Below, piece after piece: positions 56,886 to 64,000 of a stretch of DNA of 64,000 bases. The notes below the pieces were generated by a model, which was not told where the DNA came from, ran no database searches, and was given only the letters and a program-made list of their open reading frames with translations. Made by a program: the position numbers and the translations under genes. The DNA is from Patescibacteria group bacterium. GTDB lineage: Bacteria; Patescibacteriota; UBA1384; JBAYJO01. The stretch is from assembly GCA_041665085.1 (NCBI GenBank), contig JBAYJO010000003.1, positions 2,131 through 66,130 on the forward strand, written 5' to 3'. Within the stretch, counting starts at the first letter, position 1. Every line of letters starts with the position of its first letter.

Positions 56886-57575
56886 ATGATGAAATTTATT
56901 CAAGTCAAAAATAAGGGTTTTATGCTGGTCGAGCTGGTTGTGGCGATTTTGATTATTGGCATTTTAACTTCTGTTACTTCAATTAGTATTATAAAATCAC
57001 AAAAAGTTAGTCGCGATACGCAGAGAAAATCTGATATTGCTCAAATCGAGAAAACCTTAGAGTCGTATTATTCTGTGAATCATAAGTATCCTGTATCTGA
57101 TACATCTGGTGCTGAATGTAAGGAAGGCAGTCTAGGCTGTACAGGTGTTTCTAGTTGGCAGACTGATGCTACAACTAAAATTCCTATAGCAAAAACTGAT
57201 ATGTGGATAGTTGATTTAGCTAAGTATGCCGATAAATTGCCAAGCGATCCAAGAGGAAATAACGATACTACTCCTGGATTTGCACCAGTTTTTAAAGGTT
57301 CTGAATCGACTTATTTTTACGCGTATTATTCAAAAAGTTGTACCGAGTTGATGGTTAGCTATGTTAGTAAAAATTGTCCATATTATAAAGAGGGATCTAC
57401 TGAAGATACTAAGAGTTATGTAGTTGGATCTTACTATATTTTAGCAACTTCTCTTGAAAATAGGTCCGATCCTGAAGCTATAAGTAATTCTGATATATAC
57501 TATACAAACTGCGCAAGAATGAAACAAGATATTAATTACAATCAAAATGCTTTAGTTAAAATTAAGGTATTTTAA
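56886..57575 (+). CDS. Type IV pilin-like protein.
   Basis: 'KGFMLVELVVAILIIGILTSV'. ATG after GGAGGA; the track ORF starts upstream at 56844. C-terminus 'LVKIKVF'. Confidence 0.75.
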   Translation: MMKFIQVKNKGFMLVELVVAILIIGILTSVTSISIIKSQKVSRDTQRKSDIAQIEKTLESYYSVNHKYPVSDTSGAECKEGSLGCTGVSSWQTDATTKIPIAKTDMWIVDLAKYADKLPSDPRGNNDTTPGFAPVFKGSESTYFYAYYSKSCTELMVSYVSKNCPYYKEGSTEDTKSYVVGSYYILATSLENRSDPEAISNSDIYYTNCARMKQDINYNQNALVKIKVF

Positions 57576-57576
57576 A

Positions 57577-58221
57577 ATGATACTCAAGAGGGACTCATCT
57601 TTTACTTTAATCGAGATGGTTATCTCTCTTTTTATAATTATGGTTTTAATGGTGATCGGTTTTTACAGTTTTAATCAACTTGATAGAAATACTTATCTTC
57701 AAAAATCTGCCGAAGAGATTGCCGGTGCGATTGAAACGGCGCGGGGATATTCCATGAGTCTGCCAAGTATAATTCCAAATCCAGAAATAAAAGATATTAC
57801 TTATACCGGAATTAAATTTAATAAAAATTCTGATGATGATTCAGCTCTAAGTTATGAATATTTTTATACAAAGTGTGATGATCTAGATTCATTTAATCCT
57901 GATAGCCTTAGCACAGATGATGATTGCTTGAAAGATAGTATTATTAGAATTGGGGATGATCAAACATTTTCTAAAAATATATTTATTCGAGATGACAATT
58001 CTAGTGATCCAGACTTGCCTGATTACCCTATTCTATTATTTAATAAAAACAAGATCGTTTTTTGGTGCAATAATGATGGAAGTTGTAACTCAAACAAATT
58101 AGATTTAAGTGGTTTGGCGCCAGCTTACGAAAAAACAATTTGGTTGACAAAAAGATTATCAACAACTGAAGGTAAAGCAATTATTATTAATGTAAATTCA
58201 GGAATACCAAGTGTTGAATAA
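57577..58221 (+). CDS. Minor pilin/pseudopilin (GspH/FimT-like).
   Basis: 'SSFTLIEMVISLFIIMVLMVIGF' N-terminal prepilin helix. Confidence 0.7.
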   Translation: MILKRDSSFTLIEMVISLFIIMVLMVIGFYSFNQLDRNTYLQKSAEEIAGAIETARGYSMSLPSIIPNPEIKDITYTGIKFNKNSDDDSALSYEYFYTKCDDLDSFNPDSLSTDDDCLKDSIIRIGDDQTFSKNIFIRDDNSSDPDLPDYPILLFNKNKIVFWCNNDGSCNSNKLDLSGLAPAYEKTIWLTKRLSTTEGKAIIINVNSGIPSVE

Positions 58222-59191
58222 GGATTTAAACAAAATTAAAAGTTTTGGGTTAATCGAGGTAATGCTTTCGGTTTCTATATTTGTGATTCTTCTGACCGGC
58301 ATTACAGGTTTAACTCAAAAAACAATGAGTGCTTCCACTAGAACAATTGAAAGACAATATGCCTTGGGGTTGGCGCAAGAAGGAATTGAAGTAATATTGC
58401 ATAAAGGAGTTGATGGTCTTCCAGCGGCAGAGTCGTTTCATGATTATGAATGGTTAGGGTATGTAGAGTTTGTGGATGGAAGTTGGATATTGAAAGATAA
58501 TGATAATATGGTAAATGATGATCCTTGTGGTTTTGATGAAAACAAAGTGCATTTAGATGATGTAGATTGGATGTGCGCTGAAGATTTTGTTAGTCCCTAT
58601 GGGGATGATTCAACTCGTTTCTCAAGAATAATTAATATCAAAAAAGATGCAGCAAGTACTGAATTTATAATTACAGTAAAAGTTGCGTGGGATACGATTA
58701 TTCCTGATGAAGCAAGCTCAATTGATCCGAAAAATTCCGTTATACTTTCAACTATATTAGTTAGCGGCGGTCTTAGCGGAGGTGATTTGATTCCACCAGC
58801 TTTTCCTATCGGTTCGATTATCAATGTAGCTAATCCATGGGGAAGTACTGATTTTGTACGACTACCACTAGTATTAACATGGCCAAGTGCAGTTGATAAT
58901 TCAGGTGGCAGTGGTGTTGCTTATTATAAAATTAGTGCTACCGGTGTAGGTTATGGCTGCGGGGGCGATGATGAATATCAGGAAGCAATTAATTTTCCTA
59001 ATGAGGGTGAAATTGTTGATGTTCAGACGGCTACAATAGAATATAGTTATTTATCCGGTAGATTTTGGGAAAATACTTGTGGTGGTGATACGGATTTTAT
59101 CAATTTGACAATTACTGCTTATGATGGAGCTAATAATCCTAGTAAAAGTTTGATTATTCCTGAAGGAAGATTATCAGGTATTATTTATTAA
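58211..59191 (+). CDS. Minor pilin (PilV/GspI-like).
   Basis: 'SFGLIEVMLSVSIFVILLTGI'. Overlaps the upstream gene. Confidence 0.65.
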   Translation: MLNKDLNKIKSFGLIEVMLSVSIFVILLTGITGLTQKTMSASTRTIERQYALGLAQEGIEVILHKGVDGLPAAESFHDYEWLGYVEFVDGSWILKDNDNMVNDDPCGFDENKVHLDDVDWMCAEDFVSPYGDDSTRFSRIINIKKDAASTEFIITVKVAWDTIIPDEASSIDPKNSVILSTILVSGGLSGGDLIPPAFPIGSIINVANPWGSTDFVRLPLVLTWPSAVDNSGGSGVAYYKISATGVGYGCGGDDEYQEAINFPNEGEIVDVQTATIEYSYLSGRFWENTCGGDTDFINLTITAYDGANNPSKSLIIPEGRLSGIIY

Positions 59192-59201
59192 TATTAGTAA
59201 A

Positions 59202-59828
59202 ATGAAAAAGAACAAAAGTTTTTCTTTAATTGAAATATTGATTGCAAGTACAATTTTTTCAGTAGTGATTTTAGTTGTATTAAGTACGGTTGCTATGCTT
59301 TCGAGTGTAGAATCAGGTTTAAAATCAGCAAAAGTTGTAAACTCAACAAGCAGCTATGTTTTGGAATCAATGTTTCGCGACATAGCTGAAGCAGATGAAA
59401 GTTTGTCAATTAATGGAGGAATTACATATCACGCTTTTACTCTTTCTAATTCAATACCAAGCAGCATTATATATTCTGGAGGAACGCTACCAAATGATTT
59501 TTGTGAAGATGCATCTATACCAAAAAGTGGGATTTTACTCCATGTAAATGATGAGTATAAGTTTTATTATTTAGATACTAATAATAAAATAAATTTAAGA
59601 ACAGATTCAGATCTTGTAGACTTATTTAGTCCTTCAGGTTCTTATAGAGAATTTGTGATTGCCGGGTCTGACAAAGTGATAATTAGTAAATTTGCAGTAA
59701 CTGGAATTGCAAGTACCAGTAATCCTTGGGCGAAAATTGATATTGAAATTAAAAGTAGTAATTTTATCAAATCAGAAGAAACATTTAAATTTAGCACAAT
59801 GGTTTCAACAAGGAAAATAACATGGTAA
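59202..59828 (+). CDS. Minor pilin (PilW/GspJ-like).
   Basis: 'SFSLIEILIASTIFSVVILVVL'. Confidence 0.65.
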   Translation: MKKNKSFSLIEILIASTIFSVVILVVLSTVAMLSSVESGLKSAKVVNSTSSYVLESMFRDIAEADESLSINGGITYHAFTLSNSIPSSIIYSGGTLPNDFCEDASIPKSGILLHVNDEYKFYYLDTNNKINLRTDSDLVDLFSPSGSYREFVIAGSDKVIISKFAVTGIASTSNPWAKIDIEIKSSNFIKSEETFKFSTMVSTRKITW

Positions 59829-60166
59829 AAAATAATTCAAATAAAGGTTCTGCGCTTCTAATTACTTTAATAATTATGAGTATTGCTTCAGTTTTAATTT
59901 TTAGTATAAGCAAATTATCAATGTTTCAGCAATTAAGACAAGGATCTTACGAATCATCGCTTGGCGCCTATTATGCAGCTGAAGCAGGGTATAATTTAGC
60001 ATTGAAAGCTGCCGATGGTTCAAGTACAGACGCTCCCATAGAGTTGCCAAATGGTGCAAAATACGAATATGATAGAAATGATGCTAGTGATATTATTTCG
60101 ACCGGAACATTCGGTAAGGTGAAACATCAGATAATTTGGGACGGGACAACTAAAATAATCAAATAG
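59822..60166 (+). CDS. Minor pilin (PilX/GspK-like).
   Basis: 'GSALLITLIIMSIASVLIFSI'. No Glu5; typical of PilX-type. Confidence 0.6.
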   Translation: MVKNNSNKGSALLITLIIMSIASVLIFSISKLSMFQQLRQGSYESSLGAYYAAEAGYNLALKAADGSSTDAPIELPNGAKYEYDRNDASDIISTGTFGKVKHQIIWDGTTKIIK

Positions 60167-60172
60167 GAACAT

Positions 60173-60613
60173 ATGAACTTAAAAGTATATACTGATGGGG
60201 GAGCGAGAGGAAATCCCGGGCCGGCTGGAATTGGGATAATAATTAAAAATGATGATAAAATTATCGCTAAAATTAAAAAATATATTGGAGAGGCAACAAA
60301 TAATCAAGCAGAATATCAAGCGATTTTATCTGCCCTTGAATTTATAAAAGCAAATTATGTTGGTAAAATTGATTCTTTACTGTGCAGTCTTGATTCACAA
60401 CTTGTTGTTGAGCAATTAAGAGGTAATTATAAAGTCAAAAATCAAGATTTGGCTATTTTGTTTTTAAAGATAAAAAAAATATGCGAAGATTTAGATTTAA
60501 AAATAGAGTTTGTTCATATTCCTCGTGAGCAAAATAAATTAGCGGATAAGCTGGTAAATATTGCGATTGATGAGAAAAGTGATTTCTCTGTTGAATTACC
60601 TCTTGAAAAGTAG
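60173..60613 (+). CDS. rnhA: Ribonuclease HI.
   Basis: 'VYTDGGARGNPGPAGIG' and 'NNQAEYQAILSALE' catalytic DEDD residues. Confidence 0.85.
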   Translation: MNLKVYTDGGARGNPGPAGIGIIIKNDDKIIAKIKKYIGEATNNQAEYQAILSALEFIKANYVGKIDSLLCSLDSQLVVEQLRGNYKVKNQDLAILFLKIKKICEDLDLKIEFVHIPREQNKLADKLVNIAIDEKSDFSVELPLEK

Positions 60614-60625
60614 TAATATTTATTT

Positions 60626-60847
60626 GTGTTAGTAAATATAAATGTAAAACCCGGATCTAGTAAAATTGAAGTCCAAAAAGATGACCAAGGATTACTAGTT
60701 TATTTGACCGCTTTACCGGTAAAAGGTATGGCAAATAAACAATTGATAGAGGTTTTATCAGATTATTATAATGTATCAAAATCATCCATTGATATTATCA
60801 GAGGATGGAATTTTCATAAAAAAGTAGTAGAGGTTAAAAATGTTTAA
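60626..60847 (+). CDS. DUF167/YggU (UPF0235) family protein.
   Basis: 'VKPGSSKIEV…ALPVKGMANKQLIEVLSDYYNVSKSSIDIIRGWNFHKKVVEV'. Confidence 0.65.
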   Translation: MLVNINVKPGSSKIEVQKDDQGLLVYLTALPVKGMANKQLIEVLSDYYNVSKSSIDIIRGWNFHKKVVEVKNV

Positions 60848-63812
60848 ATCCATTAATCAAAGACAAAATTTTGTTGAACTTGAAAAAGAGATTTTAGAAT
60901 TTTGGAACAGTAACAAAATTCTAGAAAAATATTTAAATCGAAATAATGGTAGTAGCAAAAAATTTAGTTTTTTAGACGGACCGATCACCGCAAATAATCC
61001 TATGGGAGTTCATCATGCTTGGGGTAGGACATATAAAGATGCTTGGCAAAGATATAAAGCAATGAATGGTTTTGACCAAAGATTTCAAAATGGTTTTGAT
61101 TGTCAGGGACTTTGGGTTGAAGTTGAAGTTGAAAAAGAGCTAGATTTTAAAACAAAAAAAGATATTGAAACTTATGGACTTGAAAAATTTACTAATAAAT
61201 GTAAAGAAAGAGTTGTAAAATATTCTGCAATTCAAACAGAACAATCGAAAAGACTTGGTATGTTTATGGATTGGGACAATTCTTATTACACCATGAGTGA
61301 AGAAAATAATTACGCTATTTGGCATTTTTTAAAAAAATGTTCTGAACTTGGTTATTTATATAAAGGTGAAGATGTGGTGCCGTGGTGCCAGAGGTGTGGA
61401 ACAGCAATTTCACAGCATGAAATATTAACTGAAGAATACAAAGAGCTTACGCATGCTTCTTTTTATGTTAAATTCCCACTAAAAGATGAGAAAAATATAT
61501 ACTTTTTAGTTTGGACAACCACACCGTGGACTTTGCCAGCAAATACTGGTCTTGCTGTTGGAAAAGATATTAAATATTCAATTTATAAAAATATTGAAAC
61601 TGATGAAAAGTATATACTAGCTGAAGAGATTGCAGAAAAATTATTAAAAGAAAATTTTGAAAAAATTTGTTTTTCCGATGGATCAAAAACAAAAACCGGT
61701 AATGAGCTACTTGGTCTTGAATATAATTCCATATTGCCTGAAATTCAAAATAGTTTAGATTTATCTGAAAATAAATTTAAAGTTTGGGTTGGTGATTTTG
61801 TAAATACTGAAGAAGGAACAGGGATTGTTCATATTGCTCCGGGATGCGGTAAAGAAGATTTTGAACTTGCTAAAGAAAATAATATTCCTATTATTAATCC
61901 GATAAAAAATGATGAAGGTGATTACGCGGATTATATGGGAATATTATCTGGAAAAAATGTAAGTCATATAAATTCAGAGATAAAAGATTTGCTTGGAATT
62001 TTATTATTTAAAGAACAGAGCTATACTCATCGCTACCCAACTTGTTGGAGATGCAAATCAGAATTAATATTTCGCTTAGTTAATGAGTGGTATATAAAAA
62101 TGGATGAGATTCGTCAGAAAATGATGGAAGTAACTAAAAAAATCAAATGGTTACCATCATTTGGACTTGAAAGAGAGTTGGATTGGCTTAAAAATATGGA
62201 TGATTGGCTGATTTCTAAGAAAAGGTATTGGGGATTGGCTTTGCCTATATTTGAGTGTGAATGCGGACACTATGAAGTAATTGGAAGTAAAGAAGAGCTG
62301 AAAGAAAAGTCAGTTGAAGGCTGGGAAAAATTTGAAGGTAATACGCCTCATAGACCTTGGGTTGATAATATTATAATTCAATGTTCTAAATGCGGTAATT
62401 TGGTCTCAAGAATTAAGGATGTGGGAAATCCTTGGCTTGATGCCGGCATTGTTCCTTTTTCAACAATACCCGGAAATAAAACTGATAAAGAAAATAAACC
62501 AACCTCGTATTTTAATGACAGAGAAAACTGGGAAAAATGGTTTCCGGCCGATTTTATTACAGAATCTTTTCCAGGACAGTTTAAAAACTGGTTTTATTCA
62601 TTAATTGCTATGAGTACAGTTCTTGAAAACGAGCCTTCATTTAAAACAGTTTTAGGTTTTGCGTCAGTTAAAGATGAAAAAGGCGAAGAGATGCATAAAA
62701 GTAAAGGTAATGCAATTTGGTTTGATGAAGCTGCTGATACTATTGGTGTTGATACAATGAGACTTTTGTATTGTTTGCAAAATCCATCCAACAATTTACT
62801 TTTTGGATACAGGGCAAATGAAGAGGTTAGAAGGAAGTATATACTAATTCTATGGAATGTATATTCGTTTTTTGTAACTTATAGTAATATTGATAATTTT
62901 AAACCTGAAAAATCTACTAAATCAGAAAATTTGATGGACATGTGGATAATGGCGGATCTTCAAGAAACAATTGAGATTACTAGAAAAGGATTTGATGATT
63001 ATAATTTGCAAAAATCAACGCAGCAATTGGTTAAATTTATTGAAGATTTATCGACCTGGTATTTGCGAAGATCGAGAAACAGAAAAACATCAGAATTTTA
63101 TCAAACCATGTATGATGTTTTGAAAAATCTTGTAAAACTTCTTGCACCAATTACGCCATTTTTATCTGAAAGTATATATCAAAATTTGAAATTTGAAAAT
63201 GAGCCAGAATCTGTTCATTTGTGCGATTATCCTGAAGTAAATGATACTTTTGTAAATAAAGAATTATTAAGTGAAATGAGTATGATTCGCGATATCGTTG
63301 AGCTTGCTCATAGTGCTCGAGAAGAAGCAAATATAAAAATTAGACAACCACTATCTGACATTAAAGTATATACTTCGATAAAATTAAATTATAATTTTAA
63401 TGATATTTTGATTGACGAATTAAATATTAAAGAAATTACATTTATACAAAATACAGAAATTGAGTTAATGGACAAAAATAATGATTATATAATGAAACAA
63501 AATAATGATTTTAAAGTATATACTAATATTAAAATCACTCCTGAATTGCTTGAAGAATGTACATTTCGAGATTCGGTACGAAAAATTCAAGATTTGCGAA
63601 AAAATGTCGATCTTAAGCCCAATCAAATTGTTGATATATACTATTTTGCTGAAAATAATGAAATTGAAAAATTTATTGATAAACATACTTCCGAGTTATC
63701 TGCTAAAACAAATTGTAAATTAATACCGCTTGATATTAAGGACGGCAAAATAGAATCGTCTTTAAAAGTTGAAAATGGAACTATTAGCTTTTACATTAAT
63801 CAAAAAGATTAA
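60840..63812 (+). CDS. ileS: Isoleucyl-tRNA synthetase (class I aminoacyl-tRNA synthetase, divergent HIGH region).
   Basis: 990 aa. HIGH-like 'PMGVHHAWG', KMSKS 'HKSKGN', Zn fingers 'CWRCKSEL' and 'CECGH…CSKCGN', and an editing-domain-sized insertion. The N-terminal 'FVELEKEILEFW' is IleRS-typical. Confidence 0.7.
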   Translation: MFKSINQRQNFVELEKEILEFWNSNKILEKYLNRNNGSSKKFSFLDGPITANNPMGVHHAWGRTYKDAWQRYKAMNGFDQRFQNGFDCQGLWVEVEVEKELDFKTKKDIETYGLEKFTNKCKERVVKYSAIQTEQSKRLGMFMDWDNSYYTMSEENNYAIWHFLKKCSELGYLYKGEDVVPWCQRCGTAISQHEILTEEYKELTHASFYVKFPLKDEKNIYFLVWTTTPWTLPANTGLAVGKDIKYSIYKNIETDEKYILAEEIAEKLLKENFEKICFSDGSKTKTGNELLGLEYNSILPEIQNSLDLSENKFKVWVGDFVNTEEGTGIVHIAPGCGKEDFELAKENNIPIINPIKNDEGDYADYMGILSGKNVSHINSEIKDLLGILLFKEQSYTHRYPTCWRCKSELIFRLVNEWYIKMDEIRQKMMEVTKKIKWLPSFGLERELDWLKNMDDWLISKKRYWGLALPIFECECGHYEVIGSKEELKEKSVEGWEKFEGNTPHRPWVDNIIIQCSKCGNLVSRIKDVGNPWLDAGIVPFSTIPGNKTDKENKPTSYFNDRENWEKWFPADFITESFPGQFKNWFYSLIAMSTVLENEPSFKTVLGFASVKDEKGEEMHKSKGNAIWFDEAADTIGVDTMRLLYCLQNPSNNLLFGYRANEEVRRKYILILWNVYSFFVTYSNIDNFKPEKSTKSENLMDMWIMADLQETIEITRKGFDDYNLQKSTQQLVKFIEDLSTWYLRRSRNRKTSEFYQTMYDVLKNLVKLLAPITPFLSESIYQNLKFENEPESVHLCDYPEVNDTFVNKELLSEMSMIRDIVELAHSAREEANIKIRQPLSDIKVYTSIKLNYNFNDILIDELNIKEITFIQNTEIELMDKNNDYIMKQNNDFKVYTNIKITPELLEECTFRDSVRKIQDLRKNVDLKPNQIVDIYYFAENNEIEKFIDKHTSELSAKTNCKLIPLDIKDGKIESSLKVENGTISFYINQKD

Positions 63813-63840
63813 TTTAAAGTATATATTTTAAGGAGTATTT

Positions 63841-64000
63841 TTGCTTAAGAAACTTCGAATGTTTGATTGGGTATTGTATGGTTTAGTGTTAATTTTACTT
63901 TCTATTAGTATTATTTTGATATATACAATTACTTTTGGCAATCAAGTAAATTTAGCTCTAAGACAAGGAATTTTTGCTGGAATAGGTTTAGTTTTTATGT
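63841..64000 (+). CDS. N-terminus of an FtsW/RodA (SEDS)-like membrane protein (partial, runs off the window). TTG start.
   Basis: 'MFDWVLYGLVLILLSISIILIYTITFGNQ…' matches the SEDS N-terminal pattern. RBS AAGGAG upstream. Confidence 0.4.
   Translation, partial: MLKKLRMFDWVLYGLVLILLSISIILIYTITFGNQVNLALRQGIFAGIGLVFM

Noticed and set aside
62419-63723. Small ORFs inside and antisense to ileS (62419-62604, 62594-62794, 63465-63686, 63505-63723).
   Set aside because: They are embedded in a well-supported 990-aa gene, AT-rich and low-complexity, and show no independent signals.
1-64000. Alternative genetic code (UGA recoding as in Gracilibacteria/Absconditabacteria).
   Set aside because: Long ORFs terminate cleanly at TGA, TAA and TAG, and the conserved proteins (UvrA, UvrB, IleRS) are uninterrupted in the standard code.

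Overview
This is a low-GC (~32%) fragment with standard-code, densely packed genes and weak ribosome-binding sites. It looks like a Candidate Phyla Radiation (Patescibacteria)-type genome, though the taxonomy is inferred.

Backbone genes:
- Nucleotide excision repair: uvrC, and uvrA and uvrB as an adjacent pair.
- purA, typA/bipA, rpmG with four tRNAs (Trp, Thr, Tyr, Thr), and ileS.
- A complete type IV pilus locus: pilB, pilT, pilC, pilD and at least eight pilins or pseudopilins.

Accessory content I consider worth a second look:
1. A family of palindromic, MITE-like repeats built from GTCATTGCGAGG and TGTCATTCCGGA modules. One copy is inserted in-frame inside uvrC. Two roughly 150-bp direct copies bracket a small coiled-coil gene in the pilus locus.
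2. A cohesin-dockerin (cellulosome-like) surface system of three proteins.
3. A GC-rich (~50%) island of three genes: a Cys-rich unknown protein, a ParB-like protein and purA.
4. A clear heliorhodopsin, translationally coupled to a Cys-rich DUF3795 protein and followed by YbjQ and SDR genes.
5. A metal-cofactor gene cluster: DUF5320, an SDR, two NifX/NifB-like proteins, a 4Fe-4S MinD-like ATPase, a CDF::NifX-like fusion and DUF134. It lies next to a REP-associated tyrosine transposase (RAYT) with 33-bp terminal inverted repeats and a ZIP metal transporter.
6. An Avd-like four-helix-bundle gene wedged between pilT and pilC, and two paralogous coiled-coil proteins among the pilin genes.

All coordinates and functions come from reading the ORF translations and the DNA. 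No database searches were run.
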